Assembly: GCF_001194135.2 (NCBI RefSeq)
Contig: NC_068981.1
Location: 152,535,398 to 152,599,397, forward strand
Source of the DNA: Octopus bimaculoides
Lineage: Eukaryota
Direction of reading: 5' to 3'
DNA length: 64,000 bases
Within the stretch, counting starts at the first letter, position 1; each line of letters starts with the position of its first letter. The notes under the pieces were generated by a model. It made no database searches, had not been told where the DNA came from, and was given only the letters and a program-made list of their open reading frames with translations. Shown in pieces: positions 40,001 through 51,290 of the stretch. A program made the translations under genes and the position numbers.

Positions 40001-40749
40001 ACACATTTAAAACCCTAAAAATCACAATGTTTGAACCTCAATTTTTTTTATGATCTGTTATAACATAGCTAAAACTAAATCCTAAAGACTAGGATTCCTG
40101 TTTAGATTCAGGAAATACTTTATGGAATTTTTAAGTGATTTAACACTAAATTTTAGTATTTTATTACCTTACAATTTATTTGTTTATAAAACAAATTACC
40201 ACTTAGGACCTCAGTATCTGAATGATCAGACATATGTATAATGAACTTATTGTATCCAGTGCTCAGCTGCACTACAACTCATCAGAAAAAGTAACCAAAA
40301 CTGTATGAAGAGTACATTATTCAATGCACTAGGCTTACAAAGAATAAGTCTTGGGGTCGATTTCTTTGACTAAAGGCAGTGCTCCAGCATGGCTGCAGTT
40401 AAATGACTGAAACGAGTAAAAGAAACAATAATAAGACAAAGAAAATTCTTTAACCTATGAATGATTAAAGATGTGTTAAAGAATTTTCTTCATCTTATTA
40501 TTTGGATTATTTACTCTCCACCAAACCCACTTCATGATGTGATTGTTGTGAAACTTGGATTTTCTGCACCTGAGGAATGCCAGCATTGGCCAGGAACTGA
40601 ACCTAGTATTTGGGTCAAGAGCTTCTCTGGAAATATCCTAACTTTACACCCTTAGATATTTATATATGTGAATATATTTATGTATGTATATAGTATATTC
40701 TATTTGTCTTATAGTAAATTATACACATCCACTCATTTTCTTTATATAG

Positions 40750-40822
40750 TCCTTTGGGTGTTCAGCATCAAATTGCTAAAAAGTGATGAGACAAGGGCAT
40801 ATGCTATCTCATGGTATCTACT
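40750..40822 (+). CDS. TMEM72: TMEM72-like coding exon 2 (VLWVFSIKLLKSDETRAYAISWYLL)
   Basis: tttctttatatag acceptor, CT|gtaagt donor, phase 1->2, open frame. Parallels TMEM72 VLIGVG...LAFYLL. Confidence 0.8.
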
Positions 40823-40988
40823 GTAAGTATAAATTTCATACAATTTTTTTAACCATATTTTGTATATCAGAAAAATCAACTTCTATAATCTTAAAATTAA
40901 TTGATGGAATTTATTTCCTTCTGTAATTTCTGACTAGGAAAATAAAACATATTTGAAATATGATTTCAAAGTACTTTTCTATATATCT

Positions 40989-41270
40989 GAGGTGAGGAAT
41001 TATGTACATTATTTACAATGGACAGATAGGTGTCCTCACCTTGTTTGTTATCATGTTTTGGCTGATGTACTCTTCAGCCTTCATCAGGTGTTCTGGTGGA
41101 ATTTCGAACCCAACCCTTCATTTGACTAATGGGGTACACTGTTCTCATTCCTAAGGTATGTTGCTGATGTTATTTTTCAAGTCCTTGCCTGAGATTGAAC
41201 TTAGAATCCGAGGGTTAGTAGCCCATGCTCTTATCCACTATATGCCTGTGGGCAATTATAGTGAATTTTA
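40989..41270 (-). mobile_element. Third, more decayed copy of the tRNA-head/hammerhead SINE-like element
   Basis: Same order of blocks: ...gagcatgggctactaaccc..., ccttaggaatgagaac, ACAC-CTGATGA-AGGCTG-N10-CAGCC-AAAAC, and tail gtaaataatgtacataattcctca. Confidence 0.7.
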
Positions 41271-42646
41271 GGGCTTATAAACCAAGTATTTTATCTTTTC
41301 TTAATACTGGTTCCCATATTACATTCATATCTTAGGAGGTTATTGTGTCCTAACATATGTGCAGCTTCTTTTAATTTTCATATTTTCCAGTGGTGTTCTC
41401 TCTCGATTATTTTAACTTCAACCACAGCGGGATATGTTCTAACCTTTCATCTTCTGACACAAGTTCCTTATCCTGCAAGTTACTTGGTGACCCTGCCAGT
41501 GCAGGCGCCATGTAAAAAGCATCCAGTCCACACTGTAAAGTGGTTGGCATTTGGAAGGGCATCCAGCTGTAGAAATCATGCCAAAACTAACTTTGCCTGT
41601 GCTAGTGCTATGTAAAATGCACTGAGTCCACTCTGCCGAGTGGTTGGTGTTGAGAAGGACATCCAGCCATAAAAACTCTGCCAAAACAGACACAATAGCC
41701 TGGGGTAGTCTTCTACCTGGCCAGCTCCTGTCAACTGTCCTACCCATGCATGCATGGAAGATGACATTAAACAATGATGCTCTGTGTTAATAACCCTTGC
41801 CTGTTTTTCAGGTGAGGTTTTTTATTTGTATCTCACAGGTCTTCAAAAGCACAGGGCAGTTAGTCATAATGCAAACAAGAAAATGTCAACATTAATACTG
41901 CTTCACTTGAACAGGCATTGGTCAACAAATGGTGATAGTAGATAACAGAAGACTTACCCAAGGTCTTATGTAATAGGAATGGATATGAAACCACATAGTT
42001 GCAAACAAAACTTTGTGGTCAGTCCACATAACTTCATAAGGAGAATAGGGCCCGTTTCTCTAGTGTATTTATTCCTCCCTGGACAGGACGCTGGTTCATC
42101 ACAGGATTGATAATTTTTTACTGGCTGAGTGGACAGGAGCAGCATGAAATGAAGTGTTTTGCTCAAGAACACAATGCATCACCCTGTTCAGAATCAAAAT
42201 CACAATCTTATGATCGCAAGTCCAACACCCTAACCACTAAGCCATGACTATATAAAAATATCTTTTGTATGACCGTTGCCAGTACCGCCTGACTGGCCTT
42301 GTAGGGTTTTCGAGCGAGATCGTTGCCAGTGCCCCTGGACTGGCTCTTGTGCGGGTGGCACATAAAAGACACCATTTCGAGCGTGGCCGTTTTCGTGCGG
42401 GTGACACGTAAAAGCACCCACTACACTCTCTGAGTGGTTGGCGTTAGGAAGGGCATCCAGCTGTAGAAACTATGCCAAATTAGATTGGAGCCTGGTGTAG
42501 CTATCCGGTTGCACCAGTCCTCAGTCAAATCGTCCAACCCATGCTAGCATGGAAAGCGGACGTTAAACGAACGAACGATATGGGTTTGCAAACTTGTTTT
42601 TGAATTTATATATCCTGTCCTTTCATTTGTAAATGTTTTATTATAG

Positions 42647-42712
42647 GTCTGCAACTGTAATTGTAACCCTCTTAGAATGCATTTGGATTATGAACAAAAT
42701 GCCTTGGTTTCA
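42647..42712 (+). CDS. TMEM72: TMEM72-like coding exon 3 (SATVIVTLLECIWIMNKMPWFQ)
   Basis: ttttattatag acceptor, CA|gtaagt donor, phase 2->2. Hydrophobic helix with the conserved E, as in TMEM72/Flower. Confidence 0.8.
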
Positions 42713-43456
42713 GTAAGTATTTTATTTGTGAATTCTTTTAAAACAAAATTTAGTTCCTGAAAATAAATTACATTAGTTTGAACATTTTCTTCTATCACTT
42801 GGTCCATGGAAAATGAAGTACCCACACAGCTTTTATGAGTCTTCAAAGGCTGCCTGTAAGGTTTTGCAGAAGTTTGCAATTCTGGGAGAAGGATAGATAA
42901 AGTGAAACATTTGGTAAAAGGGTTTGCAAGAGGTAATATACCTTCAGCATTTTAGGTCTGATTTAGAGGAGCATAATAGTAGAGAAGACAGAACACAGCA
43001 TATTGGTGGACCAGATTTTAGTGAAGTGGACAAGAGCTTACAATATACTGATGGTAATTAGTTAGTCTGGAGGTTAGATTACTTGTTTCTGTTAATTTTC
43101 AATATGAACTAAATTAAAGGCTTTTATTAAAATATATGACTTAATATATTTTGTTGTTAACCATATCGAATCTTAATATTATTCATGTTATGGAANNNNN
43201 NNNNNNNNNNNNNNNNNNNNNNNNNNNNNNNNNNNNNNNNNNNNNNNNNNNNNNNNNNNNNNNNNNNNTCAATATGAACTAAATTAAAGGCTTTTATTAA
43301 AATATATGACTTAATATATTTTGTTGTTAACCATATCGAATCTTAATATTATTCATGTTATGGAATTCTTAAAATTTGAACATTTCAGTATGACCAAATT
43401 GGTGTTAAAAGGTTAGTTATGTTTTACTTGAATAAATTTTTGTTTCCTGTCTTCAG

Positions 43457-43593
43457 AGAGAATGGTTGCTGCTACTGTGTCTGTTGGAAAGTAGTAACAT
43501 TTGTGAGTAAATGGAAAAAAGGAATTTTTTACATAGTAATGTCTTTACCGACTTTCTGGATCTCTAAACACACTACTGATGGTCAAATTGGAG
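43457..43593 (+). CDS. TMEM72: TMEM72-like coding exon 4 (ENGCCYCVCWKVVTFVSKWKKGIFYIVMSLPTFWISKHTTDGQIG)
   Basis: tttcctgtcttcag acceptor, GAG|gtaagt donor, phase 2->1. W-K-K-G-I-F-Y resembles the Flower WQKAVFY / TMEM72 FQKFLAY motif. Confidence 0.85.
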
Positions 43594-44248
43594 GTAAGTA
43601 TTAATGGATTACTTAAATGTAAGAGTAAACTGTTCCAAATATATGATAAATCAACTTAGGAAGCATTGGGTAATTATGTTAATTTTTTTCATAACAGAGC
43701 ACTATATTTCATACACTCTTTAACATGGACCTAAAGAATTTTTCTAGATAACTTATACATTTATTATACAGTATCTACCACACTTATTCAAAAACTCGAG
43801 ATATAATCTTGGTTCTTTCCTAGCATCAGTTCATATAATACTTCCAAGTATATCACAGCATCCTACATTTTCTGTTGTGTACCTATTTGACTGAATCTTC
43901 TAACACTCATCTACATTTTTCTATTAATCTGACTGTATAAAACTTGAACACTATACAGATTATCTCTTCTTATTTTATCCTCCATAAAAAAGCTGAAACT
44001 ATACTTTAAAGCTAAGTACATGATAAACGTCAAGAAAATTTATGTAAATGATGACTTCTGCATTAATTTTTTCTTACATTCCATTTTTTAAAAAATATTA
44101 AAGTTTAATGGTTCTGTCACTGGACAACAAAGACAGACTATAAGATATACATGTGTAAGAAGATTTAGTTTTTAAAGCCCCGGGATAACCCTGATCCTGC
44201 AGACATAAATATATTCTGGCAATGGCCAGCATATCTTTCCCTTCTTAA

Positions 44249-44669
44249 CTCTTTTGTTCCCATATTTCTGTTAAAAACACATTGCTGTTGTTTCAATTAA
44301 TTTTTAAAATAATGAAAAACGTAGTAAAATAACTTTGTTATTATTAATCAGGTGTTTGGGAAATAAATTAACATGAAATGTTGATATTCTGTTTAAATTC
44401 AAATCACTTTAACCCTTTCGTTACTGTATTTTTGTGATGCTCTGCGTTTCTTTCAATTACTTTAAATAAACAAAGAATTTAGTAAAATAACTTAACTTAG
44501 TTACCATTCAGCTAGTGTTAGGAACATAAATTGCGACTAAGGTTTGGTGGAAGATTTTAATTCAAAACTTATGAAAACAAAGACATTTGTACTCAGAGCC
44601 AGAGCCGGATTGGTAACAAAAGGGTTAAAACAAGAAGTTTGTATCTAAGGTGGGTTAGTATCAAAAGGG
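44249..44669. mobile_element. piggyBac-type MITE containing a nested piggyBac-type MITE (44413-44624)
   Basis: Inner element: TTAA-CCCTTTCGTTAC...GTAACAAAAGGG-TTAA. Outer element: TTAA-ctcttttgttccc...tatcaaaaggg-ttga. A relative lies at ~52457. Confidence 0.7.
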
Positions 44670-45591
44670 TTGAGAGAAAAGTGTGATTTGAAGATTTATT
44701 GGGTTAAAATCTTGTAAACACTAGATTCCTGATGCTAATAACTACAACTTTGATCTACTTCCAATTAGATTTAAGAGCTTTATAATCCCTTAATATAAAA
44801 ATGAAATGAAAGACGGTAAAATCAGTTAAACTAGACTTAACCTATACCAGACAATAGAAGAACCCTACACAACTAGGGCTGCAAATGGGGATATCACTGA
44901 TATGCTGAAGAAAGTAAAACTACAGAAAAAAAGAAACAGTGTATAAACTATACAAATATTACAATAACAACTAAAATTTATCTAAATGTTATCAGTTGCT
45001 CTACTGGAAATTATCATAGTCTTGACATTTGTTTGTACATATATCATCATTGTTTCGTTTAACGTCCGCCTTCCATGCTAGCATGGGTTGGACGATTTGA
45101 CTGAGGACTGGCGAACCAGATGGCTACACCAGGCTCCAATATGATTTGGCAGAGTTTCTACAGCTGGATGTCCTTCCTAACGCCAACCACTCCAACAATG
45201 TAGTAGGTGCTTTTATGTTAAAAAAAAAAATTACTATTTCAAAATCCAATCTTCTTCCAGAAAGACTCCAAAGGTTGCATATTCCCCACCCCTAATGTAG
45301 ACGGTCCCTTATTAATTTAAGCACTGGAGAAGCAAGCACCTATTGGCTTAGAAAAGCATATGGACTAAAACAAGTGGTCATTGTTGTCAAATATTAATTC
45401 AAGTTCACAAAATCAGACATTAAATTTCTAAAGTTGTAATTTATCATTTACAAATTCAAAGTTTATATGTAATCATTATTATAACCTTAACTGTGATGGT
45501 TAAAACAAATTAAAGCAGATGTCAATGATGACATTGAAATTTCTATTGTTGCGTCAGTGGTTAATACAGTAAACTTTGTTCTGATTTTCAG

Positions 45592-45788
45592 GTTCAGTGC
45601 TCCTAGTTGCAGGAATACTACTAATTTTTAGAAGCATATTTTCATTATTCTTTCGCGAAGACTCAGAAGAGCGTAAATACTTTTTAAAAACCAATCCTGT
45701 CCACGTTAAAATGGTATCACATGAAGTCTCTACACAAACTGAAGACTCAGCATTTTCAGCTTATGATGTTGAAAGCCAGAATAAATGA
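45592..45788 (+). CDS. TMEM72: TMEM72-like terminal exon (GSVLLVAGILLIFRSIFSLFF...DVESQNK*)
   Basis: ctgattttcag acceptor, phase 1, fourth TM helix (cf. TMEM72 GSMLIITGL) then a polar tail and TGA. Spliced CDS = 552 nt, 183 aa. Confidence 0.85.
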
Positions 45789-45839
45789 GAGTAAATATGT
45801 GTAAAATGTTTCGTGAAGTTTGTTTTCAAAAGTTGTACA

Positions 45840-45845
45840 AATAAA
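45840..45845 (+). terminator. Probable polyadenylation signal of the TMEM72-like gene
   Basis: AATAAA about 50 nt after the stop codon, followed by T-rich sequence. Confidence 0.5.
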
Positions 45846-46399
45846 AAAAATAAATTTTTTAATTTAAACTTCTTCAAATCTGTATTTAAATTATTAAACT
45901 TTTATCGCTGTTAAGATATTAATTACAAGAGTATTCTTATTTATTTGTAAATATAGCATATTCATAATGTATCAGAGAACAACAAAAATAGAGAAAGGCT
46001 GATGCAATATCTTTGTATTCAGGTAAATAGGGTGGAATTTAAGATCAATTGACAACCATTGAGGGTAAAAAAAAAAATATTGGAAACCCTTAGGTCAATC
46101 ATGCTACCATTTTTGTACTAGAAAGAGACAGTCCCTTTATGAATATATAATTTTTCTTATTCTTTATAACCTGATGTAGTTCATGTTCTTGAACAGCTGT
46201 AGGAAAAACTGGCAGATGGAAGTTCCTGAGGACTGATGCTCTGGGAAAGAAGGACTGGTGCAAAGAAGCTATTGTGTAGTGGAAGGTCAACCCTGATGGA
46301 GCAGGTACTTGGCTCGATGATAAGATGCAATCCACTCATCCAGCTTTTCAATGACACTGTCTCCACCCAGCTGAGGACTCCTACTGTATACTCTGACAT

Positions 46400-47050
46400 G
46401 GAATGGTAGACTTCAGAAGTGTAAGGTTACAGTTTGCATTCTCTCCACTATTCAGGTGATTTCTGTACACTGGTAGATTCTAGTGGTATCACTGGAGGCA
46501 GGCAAAATGGATTTGGTCAGAGCATAACAATTGCTGTCTCTACATATTGCTGGGGGTGTACATTCTTAGTATTGGTTGGAGCCAGTAAGAATATTTCTGT
46601 GAGTATATGTACTTCCTTCTGCTTCCCTGGATTGAGAGAGAAGAGTTTTTTCAGGATATTGTAATAGTGTCCTGGAATGTTATGTTTGGAGAGTTTTTTT
46701 TCATGTAATGTAAGGGTTGAAGCTTACTGCAGTAAAAACTGTTCCTGTGAGCTTTAATTTTATTTCATTGTCGTGTAGCTGGTCTGTGTCCGTGTTATGA
46801 GAGAGATAATGTATTGCTTTTGTGTTTATTGTAAAGAGATTGGAAACCCAAGCAGGACTGGTATTAATCCATGATAGATCTAATATATTTTGTACACTTT
46901 TGTTGTTTCTGTTGACTAAATGCGGTATCTGTGATTACTCTATATTTCTGCATTGTTTTGATTTCTATGTGTATAATAGTGAATGTTGTACATGAATTAT
47001 AATATTTTTGTCTTGTGATTGTTGGTTGTATCTGACGTTCTCTGATTGGT
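46400..47050 (-). mobile_element. Penelope-like RT-thumb/GIY-YIG remnant
   Basis: Decayed HVTFTI...ITD and RNILTGSN..CTP..CRDSNCYA, resembling PLE linker/Cys motifs. Confidence 0.4.
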
Positions 47051-48499
47051 ACTGATAAAGAAAATAGACAGTGGGACTGGCAGCAAGCATTCCAGGTGAT
47101 TTAAATGGTTAAATGTATAGGATAAACACTATGTAATATTCCAGAAAAGACAGGATTGTCATGGCTCAAATGCTGGTCAAATGTAGGCAAGTGACACATA
47201 ACCAAGCGGCTCAGAGGAAGCAGAAACCATTGTAACAGTGTTAGGAGACAACATGTCAGCCACAGGGAGTGGTATGTGGTCCATAATGTTCATATGTTGC
47301 AGGGGCACCATACAAGATAATACTACAGTAAATAACATCCATATGCATTTTCATGAAGAAAAAAAAAAAGGTTCCATTTTAAGTACTCTCAGACTCTAAC
47401 AGTAAAAGTTTACTTTCTGTTATCTCTAAAGATGCAAGGACAGTGGTTTGACTGAAGCTATCCCTGTCAGTCTACAAATCTTTTTGGTTTTACTGATATT
47501 TCCAATTCATTGCAACAGGGAGGGGAAAATGTTAACATCAATAATAATAGGTTTTCGAACGTATATACAAAGATCTACCTTAAGTATTTGGAGTTAATAT
47601 TTTCAAATAGGAAAAGAAAAACCACAAATTCCTTTATGTTGGTGTGTGTATGTGTACAAATACATACATATATACATACACACACACATACATACATATA
47701 TATATATATATATATTCACATGGATAATAATTTTTTGTTTATTTCTTGAAACATTATTAATAAAATATACTGAATTTGATGGTCAACCATTTTAAATGAC
47801 AGTAGAATTGTATATTTATATTTTTAAAACTCTGATTCATAAATGCATATAAAAAAATAAACCACCAGTCATTTAAAAAGAACAAGAATATTAAAAATAA
47901 CAATTAGATTTTAACATTAGATGTTGGAAAAAGAAAAAAACGTAGTCCCATGACATAATTAGCAGTGATGATAGCAAATAATCAGTTCAATATAAGAACA
48001 TTTTTAAACGTCAGTAAACATTTATATAGCTCCATTTTTTTCCACATGGATGGATGTTGTTGAGCCCCACATCAGCTTTCTTTAAGCAAACCTACAGTCA
48101 ATGGCATTCCAACTGTGACCACCCATTTTGTTTTCTGGATATAGCAAAAATAAGACTATATTATCCAATGTGTCCTCATTTTTTTCTTTGTAAGATAGTA
48201 GGCTGTAATTTAAGGGAGATTTGGCTATTTCTTACAGTTTGAGTGACCATATAGAGGCTTTCTTATTGTTGTAACTAAAACAGATTACTCTTTGGGAGAG
48301 TTCATATTGGCAATGTAAAAAAAAAAAAAAAAACTAAATTTGAATTTTTATGAGTTGAGCAAATCAAACCATAAAGTGTCACAATGTTTACATGTTGGGT
48401 GATGAGTAAAATAGCATTACATAACAAGAGCCAATATAGTTGAATTTTCCTTAAATGCATTTACAGAGTTCTCATACACAAATTAGAAAAGCAAACTTT

Positions 48500-49027
48500 T
48501 CAGGAAAGCACACCATCCCACTGAATTAGATACTGGACTTGGCCCTGCTGAATAAAACGGCGTGCCAACACATGAAATGTTTCTTTTTTGGCAAATTTAT
48601 TCACTACACTGATATAATCACTGACTGAAGAGGACATCTGCTTGAGGTTGTTCTTTGAAAGGCTATCATCATTGGCTGTGTAGACTGAGTTACCTCGGTT
48701 TCGTGAGGAAGCTGGTGGAGATGGTTTACATTTTAAGCTGTTCATTTTTCTTCTTCCTTTTTGTTTCAATGGTTGTTTCTGTTGACTAAATGCTTCTAGT
48801 TCTTTGGTTAATTCTTCAATCTTTTCTTGGTCAAAATCACTTTGGTAAAAGTTCAAAATTTTTTCTTTCAATTTTAGTCTTTCTTTTTCCATCTTTTGCT
48901 CTAAATCAGTTCTAAAAGGGTGATTAATTCCATCAAAATTGGAAAGTGGTGGTATAATAGTATCCAATGTGCAACGTTTTATATTATTTCTTCTGCGATA
49001 GCTTTCTTTATTTCCATTCACAACAGT
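48500..49027 (-). CDS. Pcl: Polycomb-like protein, terminal exon with C-terminal chromo-like (Mtf2_C) domain
   Basis: Acceptor ttttcttcttcag, phase 0. Ends SSSVSDYISVVNKFAKKETFHVLARRFIQQGQVQYLIQWDGVLS*, matching the MTF2/PHF19 pattern [39 protein letters not shown]. Confidence 0.93.
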   Translation of the reverse strand, partial: TVVNGNKESYRRRNNIKRCTLDTIIPPLSNFDGINHPFRTDLEQKMEKERLKLKEKILNFYQSDFDQEKIEELTKELEAFSQQKQPLKQKGRRKMNSLKCKPSPPASSRNRGNSVYTANDDSLSKNNLKQMSSSVSDYISVVNKFAKKETFHVLARRFIQQGQVQYLIQWDGVLS

Positions 49028-49977
49028 CTGAAGAAGAAAATAAAACTATTAAATGTTATGAACTCAAGAACAGAATTTTAACATGGATTAAAATGAATCA
49101 TTATGAAAAATTCCAATTAAAGTCTGCAGTAGAAAGAGGAAAGGGGTTAGTTATAAGTAATGAGAAACTGGTAAGCAAAAATTTACTGAAAACAATTTCA
49201 GTCATAGATCTTGGTTATTTTCCTTCACTATTTATGTACATTGCCTACATTAACCTTGATTTGTATGACATACATGAACAACTGAGGAAGATACTTATGA
49301 CCTCCTGAAATTGCTGGCCTTGTGCTGAAATTTGAAACCAATATAATACAATGTTAAAAACTGTTTTGAACCATAAATGCTAGATTATCTTTTGCATGTA
49401 TTTAAGATAATGAAAAATTAGTTATATTTGTTTTTTTTGGGGGGGTAACTCTCAATCCTGAACTCGAACTGGTTGATGTAATAGTTGTATACTGTGTATA
49501 GACAAGTGGTTAATATACTAGTTTCTAACATTTGCTCTTTATAAATGGTGTTATGTTCCTATAGGCCAGAAAACATGACTTGTTAACTTAGGAGTTTTTC
49601 ATAGCTATATTTATTTGTGACTGTATAGGTGCTCATTATCTTATGAATAACGGATTAAAAAATTTTTTTTTTAATGAGTCATAATCAGGTCATTAAAAAT
49701 AGTAATGATGTTAATGGTATGCATTCAACATTAAAAATATAACTTGTCTATCAATGAAGAGTTCATATATTGCACTATGAAAGAACAACATAAAAATTTG
49801 CCAATAAATTTCTGTTTTTAATAAAAGCCCATCCCCACAAGCATTATTAAAATACTCTAAAACTGAAGCTTTCAATAATTAGCAATAATTTGAATCAATG
49901 ATTGTAAGGGCTGTGCGTAACAGCACCGACTTACATCATAATATTGGGCCATTCAGATGATTAAACATATTTTGGTA

Positions 49978-50260
49978 TTGAGGGCCCATGGTCTAGTGGT
50001 TAGGGTGTTGCACTCATGATCACAAGATCATGGTTTCAATTCTCAGACTGGGTGGTGCATTATGTTCTTGAGCAAAACACTTCATCTCATGTTGCCCTTC
50101 AATCATTTCAACACCTAATGGTGTGGTACACCATGCACCTACCTGTTCAGGCAATGTTGATTTGATGGAGAGAGTAAGCTGTACAGCACATATATTTGAT
50201 CGTTATAATCAAATCATTTGTGCAGGCTGTTCAGCAAGAAATTGCTGAACCATCTTTCTT
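49978..50260 (+). mobile_element. tRNA-derived SINE, family C (second copy ~41960-42250 -)
   Basis: Head tggtctagtggttagggtgttgcactcatgatcacaagatcatggtttcaattc, then ttcttgagcaaaacacttcat, shared with the 42 kb copy. Confidence 0.65.
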
Positions 50261-50408
50261 GGACAAGGGACTACCATCATATATTTTAAAATACTGTCAA
50301 AGAACGGGATAGCCCTTATTTAAATTTTATATAAACCTTCAATTTTTAACTTAAATAGCCTCCAAAACTATATTCTAAATAATAAAAGAACTATTTCCTG
50401 GTACATAC

Positions 50409-50478
50409 CTTTTTTCTCTTGAGAAGTAACTCATCTAAATCTGAACTAGTCTTTCTTTTTAACTGGAGAGGTGAGTGA
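50409..50478 (-). CDS. Pcl: Pcl exon (HSPLQLKRKTSSDLDELLLKRKK)
   Basis: tttctatttgtatatag acceptor, AAG|gtatgt donor. Phase 2->0 exactly bridges the flanking exons. Confidence 0.8.
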
Positions 50479-50894
50479 CTATATACAAATAGAAAAAAGT
50501 TTTGAACATACAAAGTGAACATTTTGCTTAAAACAATATTAAAAAATAGTACAAATAAATGCAGTTATGTATCAAAGAACCAGAAGCAATCTCAGGCATA
50601 GAAATTAGTGGATAAAAACAAAGTTAATATTTATATATAAAGATGAGAATGTGTGTCTGTGTGAATCCCTAAAACTTGAGTACACAACCAATTTCATTTA
50701 AATTTTACACATGCCTTACTTAGGGTCCATGTAGTGTCATAGGCCAAAAACATTTTAAACTTCTGGCCTAGTGCGAACCCAGAGCAATATCATATCTCCT
50801 CCACTATTTCAGTATTACGTGTCAAAAGTGAAACAATAACATCTCTCTATTGTAATGTCAGATAGTTTCACTTTAATACTGAAACTATATTATC

Positions 50895-50916
50895 TCACAT
50901 AGATACAGGCATACAT

Positions 50917-50975
<59 letters not shown>

Positions 50976-51122
50976 GATATGTATATATAGATACATGTAT
51001 ATGTATAGCTGTAAATGTATAGATGTATATATATAGATGTACATGTAATAAGTACACATATACATATATATATACACATATATAATGCATACATATATAC
51101 ACCCATACACACACATATACAT
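50895..51122. repeat. (CATA)n/(CA)n/(TA)n compound microsatellite
   Basis: Directly visible. Confidence 0.95.
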
Positions 51123-51290
51123 AGGTGCAGGTGTGGCTGTATGGTAAGAAACTTGGTTCCAAAGCACACGGTCCTGGGTTCAGTCCCACTGTGTAGTGAC
51201 CTGGCATGTGTCTTCTGCTATAGCCTCAGACCAACCAAAGCCTTGTGAGTGGATTTTGTAGACAGAAACTGAAAGAAACCAACCGTATAT
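51121..51290 (+). mobile_element. tRNA-derived SINE, family A (further copies ~410-560 +, 1130-1290 -, 6411-7675 +, 18800-19085 +, 19350-19510 -, 20820-21200 +, 32750-32900 -, 53080-53220 -, 57995-58150 +)
   Basis: Repeated head gtggctgt.tggtaag...gggttcagtcccactg...ccaaagccttgtgagtggatttggtagac.gaaactgaaag followed by microsatellite. Confidence 0.75.

Noticed and set aside
43099-43365. 97-bp perfect direct repeat on both sides of the N gap
   Set aside because: Identical sequence abutting both gap edges is typical of an unmerged contig overlap. Treated as an assembly artefact, although a true tandem duplication is not excluded.
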